64,000 nt of DNA from Pocillopora damicornis (taxonomy: Eukaryota), in NCBI RefSeq assembly GCF_003704095.1, contig NW_020846644.1, positions 1-64,000 of the forward strand, written 5' to 3'. This document shows, one piece after another, positions 26,862 through 40,200 of the stretch (the stretch's first letter is position 1; each line of letters opens with the position of its first letter). Under the pieces are notes generated by a model. The model had not been told where the DNA came from and did not search any database. It saw only the letters and a program-made list of their open reading frames with translations. Position numbers and translations under genes: made by a program.

Positions 26862-27161
26862 TTTTAGAGTCTGAAGGGATCTCTTCTCTGGAAATATCCG
26901 TTGCGCAACGACGATTAGGAGTGACCTAAGGCTCTCTTTTCAGCTACACAATCATCACTACAGGTCACGCTTTCCTAATATTCCGGCGGTAGCGAGATGA
27001 TTCCTCGACTGTTGCGTGACATCCCAAAGAACAGCTGGGAAGGGCTACAAATGAGAAACACAATCCCAATGTTTCTACATCCGTCGTCACACATGCGCCG
27101 ACGGTGAGAAATGCCAGCAGGAATTTACAAGGCTCTCTTTTTTGTCTTTGAGTGACTCAGG
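26862..27161. promoter_or_regulatory. Putative bidirectional promoter and candidate non-coding first exon of the ALPK1-like gene
   Basis: CpG-richer segment right upstream of the ABAT ATG. Strong + strand donor AGG|GTAAGT after 27161 with no ATG-initiated frame running into it. Palindrome cgttgcgcaacg at 26899-26910. Confidence 0.4.
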
Positions 27162-27509
27162 GTAAGTATTGTCCTTTATTTTGTGGTTCAATGTAGTGAA
27201 TTGGAACGTCAACAACAACCATCGATATCTGCTCTGAAGTTGAGAGTCAGCAAGTTTTATCGGAGAGTAGAGCACAGATATATTTTTCAGTTATGATGAA
27301 TATCTAAAGATGGTCTTTTTGCATGGTTTCTTGAACTCTTTCATTTTCATTTTTTGTCATTATTATCTTCCAATACTCCCTGAAAAACTTTTCTTGCGAC
27401 AATTTTGTGAAAGACAAAATCCAGGACATTTTATGACAGGCTTTATTGGTTCGAGCTGACTGTACGGGCGAGCTTTGTGACAAGTGAGCGACGCGGAAAT
27501 ACCAGTCGA

Positions 27510-27845
27510 TCTTAATCAGTGATAATAATTAGTCACTGTGATGAGTAATGCTTGTGTAGGTGGATAGAACGCGTCATGTGCACGCGCTGTTGTCTCACAT
27601 TTCGCTGAGTTAACTGTTGTTTTTCTTTTCATGAAAATGTATAACTGATGAATTGATTCTTTCTCAAACTTTATCATAGTTTCGATTAATTGGTAATAGG
27701 ACTTCGTGTTGTCCAATTCTGTTTGTAATCATACTCGTGATTAATAAATCTGACTCCCACTTTGCAGTCGTCTGATTTTGTCAATCACCCCTATGATTAC
27801 AGACCGAATTGGACTCCACTTGGTCTCATTACCATTATTAATTTA
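27510..27845. repeat. Interspersed repeat (Crypton-like non-autonomous)
   Basis: Internal inverted motifs (gtaatcatac / tatgattaca) and the terminus attaccattattaa. The classification is tentative. Confidence 0.4.
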
Positions 27846-28569
27846 TAAGTCTTGTCACATTATGGCATGAAAACTTTGTATCATGTTGTGCATGCATTAG
27901 CATAGTCATTTACATTATAAGGTTGTGTTTAAAAGAGAAGCAGAACCAATGAGGATGTTCATCATAAAAATTCTAGTAACTGGGGCTACTTACAGTCAAA
28001 ATTCCTCAAAGTTGTTTAGCATCTGATAATTACTGACTGCAATAAAATCCTATTGTGCTCCCTTTGCATTATATTAGCAATTTCAGTCTAAGAAGGTAAT
28101 TAGGTCTTCAGTACAGTCCAAGTTTCTAAGGGAAATTGGGGATGGTCTGTTTCGTTGGCTGGGAAATTATCAGGGGTAATTCTAAACGAGCTAAAAAACT
28201 CGATATTGCGGTAAGCTAACTGCACTGCTATATTAATAATACTGCACCCTACATGCAGCAATATTTTTAATATTGCAGCTGCAAATGTTTTCGATATTGT
28301 TGTTTTATTGCTTCATTTATTACAATTAGACATCATACAGCAGCAGACTTTCTTACTTATGTTAAATGACAATTTTAGTACTATTGGTTCTAATCTCAAC
28401 TGACAAATAATAGTCCTCTTCATCATTCTTTTCCTCAAGAACTTTTTTGTTTAATCCCATTTCTTTTTCTTCATTGTGTTTAACATGATTCTCAAACAAC
28501 TCTTCCTCTTTTCCCTCCACATCCTTTTCAACTTTCTTAGGAAATGCTCCTTGCAAGATTTCACTTGCT

Positions 28570-29400
28570 TTTCATTTAAGTGTTGATGATTTATATTTAT
28601 ATTCTCTTACCCCGTCAAATGACTGGTGACCAGTGGTTTCTACATTAACTTGTTCTGATACACTGCTTTGGTACAACCCCCAGGTGGAACTTTGCATGAG
28701 ATAGTGGTTTGTGAAATACCCCTCAAATCCTGCCTTTGTCATGATTTTCTCTACTACATTTCCTAACTAATTTTACTACAGTTCTCCTCTCAGTTTGGGT
28801 AAAGCACACAAATAAAATGTGTTATCACTAATTTCTTTAGGCATGTGAGACAAATACTACTTATACAGCTTGACTGAGGAACGTTCTGTATTAGTTAAAT
28901 TTTTACATGCATGAAAAACTTTCCTTTTGACACACAAATGGCACAAACCCCCATTGTTTGTTTTATTAATATCCTCCATGTACTGCAAGAATTCACACTC
29001 CAATTCATCATGTTCTAAAGATAACTGAGAGTTTTTGAACCTCACATTTCGGTGTTCCTGCCCAGCCTTCAAAGCAAACTGAATGCCAAAAACCCAAACC
29101 AAAGTATAGCAAAGAATCTCCCTGTTCTTACTACCTAAAAAACCATTTTCCCACAAAAAGTTTTCTTGGTCTTCAGTTATAAATTTTGCCTGATTGATAA
29201 CCACACCTACTCCTTGTGCAGCTTTCTCTTTAATTTGAAAATTCATGCAGAATTTAAACTTCAAAATGTACAACCTTTCTTGTTAATTTATATCGTTAAG
29301 TTATATTTTGGTTATATTGCACTTGTAAAAACATTTGAATGCAAATTTGCACTCAAAGGAGGATATCAGTCTTCTAAACCTCTGCTCTCCTAAAGAAAGA
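28570..29400 (-). pseudogene. DUF3504 / Crypton-type tyrosine-recombinase-like transposase pseudogene
   Basis: ITEDQENFLWENGFLG..LCYTLVWVFGIQFALKAGQEHRNV, FEGYFTNH, TGHQS, with stops and frameshifts. Confidence 0.75.
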
Positions 29401-30141
29401 AAAACAAAGAAGCCTCTAGTAATTGGGTAAAGTATGGCCTTATAAAAAACAAAATTTCATTACTTTAAGACAGAAGCATTCATAAGTACTTGCATAGTAC
29501 TCGCATTCATAATTTGTGCAGATAATTTTGCTTCTGCAGCGGATGACATGTTAATTAATGGATCTATGAGGTCAGCCAGAAAATTTCATATATTTTTGTG
29601 GCTCAGTTTAAATAGCAATGTCTATTTTTAGTTTTCTTGTCGAATAATACATGTGAATATTAGTATACCGGTAGTTTTCAATAAATTAAGGTTCCAGTTT
29701 TAGTCTCTGGTGATACATGATTTCTCCTGATGATGTTGGAGTCTATATGTTCCACAAGTATTGTGGTCTTAAGTTGCATTTTCTTCTCTTTTGAGGTAAC
29801 TAATTTTGCAGTGGTTGAAGTTTTTAGACATCCAAGATTTTTTCAGATACCAGTAACCCATTTTTTCTTGTCACCTCTTCCCCCCACCTCCACAGACATG
29901 CACACCCACCATAATTTTAGCAAATGCTCCCTAGATAGGTGGTGTATATTGTATTGAAAGAAAAAATGTGTTCAAATTTTTAGTAAACATTCCACTCTCA
30001 AACCTCTTGTTTTAATCATGATGGTAATTGATGGGATGTTGTGATCAAATTTTTTTTTATTTCTTTAAAATTTGAATTATTAGTTGTGACAGCTTAATTA
30101 ATGTCTTCTCATTTTCCTTTTTCTCTTCAGGCAGATATGAT

Positions 30142-31222
30142 ATGAAAATGCTCTACACATCTTTGACACAGCTTCATTTCCAAGACAACCAGAGAATAAA
30201 GCATGATATTTGTAACCTGGAGTTCTCCATCCCTTTTCAATCAATTTTAAAACATCTAGACAAAAAAGCCACAACCTCAGACAAACTAGCTTGTGTCTAT
30301 ATATATGGTGAGCCAGGTTGTGGACGTTCATCAGTCTTGCTGGATATCTGTGAAAAATCTATTCAACGCAAATTGTTAGCATCAAAGGTGTGTGGTTTAA
30401 GAGTCAGAAAAGGATGTACTCTAGAGTCCCTCTGGAATTTGCTGAGTGAAATCGCAAAGGAAAGAAAGGACCGAGAGACAGCATCTACACTAACAAACTC
30501 AAAAGTCAAGTTGAGCAAAAAATACAAAGTTGCCCAAGCTTTCATTTCAGCAAACTTCCAGTTGATTTGTGTGGATGATGCAAGTGCTGATGGTGGGATT
30601 GTTTGGTCTCATCTTTCAAAGCTGTTGAACAAAACTAATATTGGTGTTGCTCTTGTTTCCAGTGAGCAAGAATGCAACTTTCCTTTCAAAGAAGAAATAA
30701 AGGATTGGCAATTACTCTCTGTGAAGGTCAAAGGTCTTAATGTGCAGTCATTTACACTGAATGTCAGAGAGTTGTATTCTTCTCTGAAGTTAAATGAAGA
30801 AATGATCTCTAAGATACATTGCATATTGAATGGCAATCCTAGAGCAGTCGATATTTTGATTAATGTTTTCAGGGAATATAACCTTCCAGATAAAAGTTTG
30901 CATTGTGTTTTTTTGTCCTTGGAAAATGACGGCATGGTGCACGAAATTGGAAAAGATGATCTCAATCCCATTTTATTGGTCCTTCAGTTTGTATTTGAAC
31001 ACCTAACTGCTTTTGAAAAAAGAGTTTACAGCCAGCTCTGCCACCTGCGAGAACCTCTTCCAGTTATTCATCTTTCAAAGGAAGCAGAGAAGCTTATAAG
31101 GCTTGGGTTGGTAACTAATCAAGCCAGTAGCCTATGTAGCAGCAAACAAGCGATTAATTTAGCATCCATATCAGTGGCTCAATGCTTTCAGCTGAGTGCA
31201 GCACAACTTCTTGATTTCTCAG
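30142..31222 (+). CDS. STAND/NB-ARC-like NTPase-encoding segment (360 codons) of the ALPK1-like gene
   Basis: VYIYGEPGCGRSS (Walker A-like), LICVDD (Walker B), ALVSS (sensor-1 position), LNGNPRAV (GxP), and a winged-helix-like FEHLTAFEKRVYSQLC..LIRLGLV. Confidence 0.75.
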
Positions 31223-34200
31223 GTAATTTAGTGTTAACAACCGAGTTGAAAACGTAAATTAGCCACCGTAAAGNNNNNNNNNNNNNNNNNNNNNNNNNNN
31301 NNNNNNNNNNNNNNNNNNNNNNNNNNNNNNNNNNNNNNNNNNNNNNNNNNNNNNNNNNNNNNNNNNNNNNNNNTGAAATGTAAGAGTAAATGGAATGCGG
31401 TCAGTGTTATCCTTCTCAGCCGTTTGTTTCATCATTTGAAACTTGAACTTGATTTTTGAAACTTGGAACTTGATTTCTCAGCTGAAGATGAAGCACCAAG
31501 CACCTTTGAATTGTGGTATGCTCTCTTGTCAAGTAAACTTCAGACACTCATTGCTGATGCAGAGAGGAATGCATGGCCTTTTGTCCCTGAGAAATGGTAA
31601 GTTGATTGATAAAAATTCTAATCTTTGTTGTTTTCGAAAATTCTGGTCGTGTCCACCATTTCTTGTCCAAATGGGGTTTAGTCTCTCAAGGAGCTGTTTT
31701 AGGTGTTGCTTCAAAATTTAAGGGAAACGACTACTATATAAGGCAATGATTGTGTCCCTGCACAACCTTAAGATTAATATTGATCTTCCCTGGTTGTTTT
31801 GGACTTGAAAAACATTAAACACTGGCAGATAATCCACACTTTTTCCCCAAAATTGTTCGTAAAAAAATAAGGGTTGTGGCTTATCTGCAATGCATCCAGA
31901 AAAAGTGCAGAAAATATTCATAAGTTAACACCATTCATCAAAAATTTCTACTTGTAAGTCTGTCTAGCAAATTTTAAAACCAGAATTTCATAAAGGTATA
32001 CCAGGGTACACACTGATCATTGCTTATGCAAGGTTGGAGGCTCCTCGAAGAGCCATTTGTGTTCATGAGCATTAATGTGGTGGCCAACACAAGCGAAGCA
32101 AATTTTCAACGACAACTATGACTTTTACAAATGAAGAAACACTATGAAGCGAAGATATATTTTACGGACAAGCCTTGAATCGTTTTATTTAACGTAGTCA
32201 AAGTATTCAAGGACTTATCGTAAACTGAAATATGAAATTATATGGAAGAAGCTAAGCTAAATTCTAATATACGAACCAACATTCCAATTATTCCGATATA
32301 AAGGCTAGATCCAAAAACTAGCTAAAACTCAAAAAGAAACTCACGAAAAGACTATCTTGAAAGAATAAAGGAGAACCGCTTGAAAACGAACTCTAACAAA
32401 AACTAATAACTAAATGGGAAAAACGTGTAGTGCTCTAACGAAACGTGAACAACGTAAGCCACGTGTTACGAGGTTGCGAAAACGAGCGATAAAGAAACTA
32501 GTGTAAAAACTAGGAAAAACTACCAAAAGACTAGATATATAGGCAAGCACAAGGAAAGGAACATAGGCACTTACATAATAGTCCCGCTTGTAAGAGTTTA
32601 ACCAAAACGAACTTCAGGTTAAGGTGGGCAAAAGGCGCTCTTCCGATAAACACGTCTTATCGTTAGCCCAAAGCAAGACAACTAACTAAAATGCGGTTCT
32701 GGGTGGAACTTAAAGATCACGTCCCTAATGGACAAACAGTAATGTCATTATTGCGGTTTAACACATTTAACACGAAACAAGCTTACTGTGAATCAATGCC
32801 CGGTGGCAAAGGCGTGGTAGCCGTTATAATTAGTTTATATTTATTGCTGACTGTTGAGTAGTGTTAAACTTTCTTCACCGACTTAAGAGACCTTTTAACC
32901 AGTTTAATGTCGTCTTCCTTGAGCAGCTAATTATTACTCGGCAAGAAATCTCCAATACTTCACAAAGCAGTAAGTTTAAACTATCACTTCAAAAGTTTTA
33001 TTAATCCATTAGGTACCCCTTTCCTAACTAAATGCAAGACTACTATGCTACAGAAAAATTAAAGATTTCCTGTTTACTTAATGCTGATTGGCTGTGATAG
33101 AAGGCATTTTTCATTATTGGAAATTAGGTCTTCTGCTGACAGTCCTTTTCATACATTGCCCGCAGGGGTTCGATCCTGTATCTACACACTCCCACTGCTT
33201 TAGCTGTGAACCCTCATGAATAGCCTGATCCTTTTAACATTGAAAGCTTAGTATTGGCAATTTACCTTAACACGAATGTGCTATCTGTCCAAAAGTAAGA
33301 ATTGCCAGATAATACGTATAATCCATGATGGATTATTTGATTCAGTCTTGTGGCTACTCATACCCCAGACAACTCCAATTGGGGAATGCTGACAGATTTC
33401 TGCGGCATTTGTTAGAAATTATTGATTAGAAATGAACAGCCAATGTCTCTACTACCGCTCGTCCTTTCTGAGACAAGTTGAATGAGGTGTGTGACCTGTT
33501 TGATGCAGCATGACCAAACTTCTTTGGTTCCAAACAAAGATTAATGCCAAATTTTCATACATTAGGTAGCTTCCCCAACCAGGCTTCCAAGCGCTTTAGA
33601 TCTTCCCTTGGAATTTGATGTACGCGCTGTATAAGTTTATATAAATCTAACATAGTGAAAAGTAACAAAAAATACACTCTTGAATGAGATAAATATACTA
33701 AAAATTCTCATTGTTCACGCACTTAAGAGGCTCAGTATATAAAGCTAAAATCTATTCTGTCAACTATTATATCACTGTATTTATTGGTTACACGAAAATC
33801 TCTTTACAGTTTCACAGTTCTGTGAAATAACCCATTTCTAGGAATGTTCAAGTGTTAACCTTGTTACTTTCGGCCCAAATTACATGTTCAGTTATTTATC
33901 TTGGTCTAAGTATGCACAAGACTGTGGCGCTATAATCAAAATTACAGTCTATGCTTAGTTCTTCTACTTACTTCTTGGCATCTTTAAATATGGATCTTAA
34001 TTGACTTTGTTCTTTTTTCAGCTGGTATGACTTTACGAGTTTGATGTGTTGGTCTTTAGAATTGTTGATGTAGGGGGCTATTTTCAACTTGGTGTTCTTG
34101 TATAACTTTTCTAATTCGACTCATCATTTCCCTCCTTTTTTCTGGCTGTAAGTAAAGTAATGGTGTTAATTTATACTTGTGTTTTTTGCTACAGTCACTG

Positions 34201-37200
34201 ATAACTTTCCTTGTTAGTCAGTCGAGTTCTTTGAGGAGATTGAGGCGCCAGTTGGTGGTCCACATACAGTACTGTTAGACAGGTACAGTATAAACATTAG
34301 TGGCACGGACTTTACGTGGTATTGACAATGGAGAAGTCCAAACTGCCCAAAGTCGATTCTTTCACTCCTTGGAAGCTTCTTCAATAACTTTATTCTCTAG
34401 ATGCCGAGTGTTCTAGTACTTTCCTAGGAATTTATAATGATCTTCATTGCCTATAAGGGGATAAAGCAGTTGTTACTTACAGGCATTTCAGTGGAGTTGT
34501 CGTTGATTGCTAGTGTTCCTTGCTTCATATGCGTTGCAGCACACTTGTTGATTCCCCATTCTAAACCAAAGTCTGCAAACATCTTCTTCAGCTTGCTTAT
34601 CACAGTTACTGCCTTTTGTTCAGATTGATGGCAAGTTTTCAAGTAATCAACAAAAAGGGCATAGGTGATTTTTCTGTGTGGGGCATGTGATAGTTGTTAT
34701 CCTTTGGTACTCCCAAGTTACCATGCAATTGGTTAAGTGATGGAGTAAAAAGTCGCACACAGAAAGACTTTGAAGGGGCCAATGGTTTCTTTGCCTTGAT
34801 GGATGAGGTCTGCATTTATGCCGTGCATTTCAAGAGTTTTGGCGATCCACTGGTGCGGGACAGAGTCGAATGCATTTTTCACGTCTACCCAGGAACAGGG
34901 TAGGTTCTTCTTGTGAAAGTGGGCGTCTCCTTATATCATCTTATCAATTAGCAGGTTGTCTACGGTGCCCATTGATTTTATTTTGCCTCCTCTTTGATCA
35001 ATTTGCATTAGATTGTACTTGTCCTCGTGCACTGGTAGTTGGTGGTCAATCACTGACGTGATGAGCCTATATAGGGTGTTTAAACAGTTTATTGGTCAAT
35101 GGTCAGAAGCGGATGGGTCGTCTCTCTTCCGAATCATAACACTTCTTCCTATCATAAGCCAAGCTGGTATCTCTAGTCTCTCAGTAAGTATGGTGTTCAG
35201 AGCTGTTGTGATGTCTCCATCAATGGTATCCATTTCCTTTATCCAATAGTTAGTGATTTTGTCTTTACCTGGCAAAGACCAGTTTATCTTGTTTTTAATG
35301 CTGTTGGTGATCATTTCTTTCGTCATCTTCATTAGATCACTTAGGTGTTTAATGTGTTTTTTAAGGGCTGTTTCAGTATCCTTTATCCAATCTGCTTCAA
35401 TAGGTACTTCGCTTGCACTCTCCCATATTGGTCTCCAGAATACTTTAAATTCTTCTGTTATTGTTGTTGCTGCAGTGGGGGTGGTTTCTTGAGTAGCAGA
35501 AGATGGCTTTTCTTTACCTATATATTGTGGCTGTTAGTTTGTTTCCAATGATTTGACGATGTTATTTAAATGGCTGTAGAACGAACTTTCATCTACATCA
35601 AACCACTGGTTGGTCTTGAATCTCTCATAGGCTGTCTTCTATCTTTTCTTCTGTCTTTTCAGGGCTCTGATGGTGTTAATCTTTCTTTTCTTTAAATCTG
35701 TCAAATTTGCGATGGTTATTCTTCCTTAAATGTCTTAAATTATTTAGGATCTGTTTTTCTTCATTCTCGACGTTAGTTGATGATTATTGCGTATTCTCTT
35801 TAATTCTTTGCATATCTGAGAAATTTGTTTTTGAAGATTGTTAATTTTTCTCTCTATGTTAATCATCCATCGCGGTTTCCCGCTAGTTTTGGTGTGTTTA
35901 CATCCTGCTTATTCAGTCTCAGTATCTTTCACAATGCCATCGTAGATACACATGGCTGCTTGCGTTATTTGTGAAATTCAATTAAGATCTTCAACTGTCC
36001 AGTCACTGCTTTGTTGTTGTTCACTTGTTTGATCTTCGATTTCTGTCTCTTTATTGTTTGGTCTTTGTTTCCTGGTTTCTCTTTGTTCTTGTAGCTCATT
36101 TGTTATGCGTAGTGCACATACCTTTCAAGTTTTATTTAGATGTGTTAATTTTTCCCTTAAAAATTTGTGCTGTTTTTCCAAGATTTGTATCCCTTCTCGT
36201 TCCAAAACTTTAACGTTGACAGCATGATTCCATTCTTTCTTCCTTTTTCATTAGTAGGTCATTCTTTCGATGTGTGTTGTTGTCTAGCTTTATCTTTACA
36301 TGTTAATAAATCAATGCACATTTGCTCCGTCCATCTTGTCCAACCATGTTGGATTCTTTCCGCACTCACTTTGCAAAGAATTGTATTTCTTGAGTCACTT
36401 TGAGCGGGCGATAGGTTGTAGTTGATGTTAACTGTCATTAAGATGGAATAAATTTCCAAAAAACACATTTCAAGAGTGTTTTAGAACAAATTTTTACGGA
36501 GCGCGAAGACTGTGGTGTTTATTTTTGTTATCATTATTACTATTATTATTGTTTAGTTTTAAGCCCTTTTTTGATGCTCTTTCCAGAAATTACTGCAATC
36601 GTTCATCATGTGTTGCTTCATCTTCCGTGCCGATTACGTCATCCATTATGACCTCAACACCATCCAGGTCTTCAATCATCTGGGCCATGGTTCTTTGGAA
36701 GATTTCCGGGGCACACTTTACGCCGAAGGGCAGCCTTGTGAACCTGTAACGACCAATTGGAGTGTTAAAGGTGCATAGAGGCGAGGACTCTACATCTAAC
36801 TTTAACTGCCAGAAGCCACTTTTGGCATCTAGGATGCTGAAAGTATGAGCACATTGAAGACGGCTAGCAACTTCATCAACAGTTTTCATAAGGTAGTGAG
36901 ACCTCTTCATGGCAGCATTTAAATCTCTAGGATCAATGCACAATCTCACTGAACCATTGGACTTCTAAACTACTACTAGTGAGTTCACCCACTCTGTCGG
37001 TTCCTCTTGGCGCACAATAACTCCGAGCTTTTTCATCCTTTTCAGTTCTTCAACAACTTTCTCTCACTGAGGTACTGGTATCTTCTTTGGGGAATGTACA
37101 ACAGGGGCAGCACTATCAGCCAGTTCAATGCGATATGTCCCAGGCAAGCATCCTAATCCTTTGAACAACTCTGGATAGTCATCTAACTCCACCGTTCTTG

Positions 37201-40200
37201 CAGGTGGTGTGTCGCTGGTCAGCTGGTGAACTCTCTTTAGTAGGCCAAGTTTGACACAGATGTTTCCACTAAGCACTAATTCCACTTCGGGTTCTACAAC
37301 AAAGAACTTGACCTCTTCGACATTATCTTTGTATTTTTCGCTTCAACACCACTTCTGCGCAAGGTGTTAGTCTGTGCTTTGAGAGGGAAATCAACATAGT
37401 GTTCGTCTTTGTCAGCGGTGGTCTTCGCCTGTGATTGTCTTAGATCTTCGGTGACATAGCAATAGCCTTTGCACCAGTATCTAGCTGGAAGCGAACTTCA
37501 GTATCTTCCACTAAAATAACTTCATAAAACTGCTCGTCTTCTGGAACACGGCTTGACTTAACTGAGTAAACAAACAGCTAGTCATCTTCGCTCTCTTCTT
37601 GGTCGGAGTCCCCTTCTGTTTCCTGGTCGGAGTCGGCTACTACTGAATGGACCTCCTTGGATAAACAGAGTTTTGAGAAATGATTCATCTTTTTGCAGTG
37701 TCTATACTGTTACCCCATTGCGGGACATTTCTTGTGGGCTTTGTCATAACCACACCGTCCGCATTTGTATTTCGATTCGACCTCCTCCGCTTCGGCGGTC
37801 TTCTCGGTTTTCCTTTTGCTTTTATTTGAACGCTTCTGACGATTCCAGGGCGGACGGTTGGGTCTTCGTCACTGGCGAGCTTTTTTAGAATGCTGAGATT
37901 TGTTTCGTAATTTCGACTGATTTCGATGGCCTTTTCACATGTCTGCTTGATCCATGCATTTCTCACGCACTTTGGAATGTTTACAACGAAAAACGATCGC
38001 GTCTCGAACCATACGTTCTTCCTCTTGATAGCCACAATCCTTAACTAGAATTTTCAGATCTGTAACAAACGAGTCGAAGCCTTCATTGTCTCCCTGGCGT
38101 CTTTCGTTAAATTTCAAAGCAGCCATTATGTGGTTTTTGCGTGGCGCACAATATTCTTCGAATCTCTTCAGTACGACCTTCAATTTCGCGGCATCTTCGG
38201 GTTTTGCGAATGTGAATCCTTCGAATACATCCAACCCTTTATCGCCTACCCACAACTTCAGGTAGCTCACGTGCTCGTTCTCTTCTTTCTTGTGCAACGG
38301 GCCGTCAAGAATGCGTTGTGCTTGTCGGCTGAAACGGCGCCATTCTTGATGCTATTCTTGAGCGGTCCACGATATCTCCGGAGGTTTGAATTTCGCCATT
38401 GTGGCTGTTTTCACAATCTCCGGGAATTCTGTGTTCTATTTCCAGTCAGCTGTTAGCTTGATAGCTTGTTTTTCGGCGTGGAAAAGAATCTCTTCCTGAC
38501 ACCATGTATTAACACTCATTAAAAGATGGCTGACAACTCTAAGTCATTGTTCCATGTGCTCAGTCACGTGAGATACATTGTGACTGACTAGGGGGGGGGG
38601 GAAAGTAAACCTGTTACATTTTATATCACACAAGCCTGCTGCTTTGGACACTCAACTACCTTCTCACTACAGGGTACCCACCCTCATGCTGAGCAGTGGC
38701 AGGGCATGAACATAACTGCATTTCAGTAATCCTTATGTGGGCCAAGACCCAAGCAAGAGAGAAGAAATACTCAGAGAGAACCATCATAAAGCTGAATAAC
38801 TGAAAACTTGGCTAGTGAAAATATCCAACTTCCCCTATTTTTGCCAATTTTATAATCTCATTTACTGGGAAAGCAAAATCTTATTGAGCTATCCCATTCT
38901 TACAGGTACCAGCTATCCTAAAACAATAACATCTATCTTTAACCCTTTCACTCCCAAGATTTGATTGTGAATTCTCCCCTCTTGCTGCTACACAATTCAT
39001 GTAAATTAGTTACAAGAATGTGGTGTGATGGTCACGTGATTAAAGTACTCAGGGGGCTGGGGTGGGTTAGCTGTCTACCCCTTACACAAGCCATGAAGCA
39101 ATTCATAGAAAGAACCACTCAAATAAAACTAAGAATAATCTTTCAAATTAAATTAAGTCCATGTTTATCTCCCTCAATCAATATTATTAGTTATTAGCAG
39201 AGCTTTGTACCTAATATTTTTACACAAACACCAGACAAAGTTCCCCAATGTGTACCCAACAAAGGCTCATGCTTGAAGAATAAGCTTGTGCACATTCAAC
39301 ATGGTTAAAACTCCCTCGTTTATTGAGGTACAGTTTCTTTTAAATGCTCCAATGTAAGCATTTCTAGTGAACCACTATTTGAAATGTTATTCAATGTAAA
39401 TTTTTCTTACAGGCAATACTCTTCCAGTGTTGGACCAGAAGAGAGGTACAATATTAAGGATCTACTTACAGCTAAGAATTCTACTGCTCCGCTCTTAAAT
39501 GAACTTGACATTATGGAGGTGGGTATTTTGTAAATTTTTTAACCCTGTTATAGAACCATAAAACTTTACACAAGTCTACCTTCACCCTGAAAGAGACTCA
39601 ATTTTGTTGCAGTGTCAAATACATTGAACTGTTTATATTCCAGCCGTATGTTTTATGATCAAATGCAGTCAGTTAAAATGGTTCATATATAACAACAACT
39701 TGTAGAAAGTTGTTCAGAGTTATTTTGCATTATTTTATTTTTAATAGTCTTTTAACAAAACCCTGGATTACTATATTAATGAGGATTTCAATGCTTTCTG
39801 TCAATTGTTTCAAGGATGATGTCAAGTATTTAAAATCTATTTACAAGGATGTACTTACCAGGAAAATAGTAGTCACCCAAATCACATTTACTACATTGTA
39901 GTAGAGGTCACACTCATGACTACAATCTCAAGATGACCAGTAATACTCTGGCGTGTAGCAACTGGAACATGTGCTGTATGAAGTGTTGTGGCTCATTTAT
40001 TGCCTTAAATTAAGAATGCAGTGTGTAAATGCTAAAAGTAGTAGTATATACATATAACATTGTTAAATAGGGTAAATATTCGAAGGTTGTATTTTATTTC
40101 TGTAAGTCAGGTTTTTCAATTGCAATAGAGAATAACAAACAATTTATTATTATTATTATTATTTTTATTATAATTACTCAAGATTTTGTAGAGTACTTTG

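Noticed and set aside
26998-27161. Coding first exon for the ALPK1-like gene
   Set aside because: ATG-initiated frames stop before the donor, and the one open frame has no ATG and the wrong phase for the acceptor at 30130.
30142-31257. Stand-alone 371-aa single-exon NTPase gene
   Set aside because: The last 11 codons and the stop come from the Penelope insertion. The TSD and phase show the frame continues into ALPK1, although an unspliced short isoform is not excluded.
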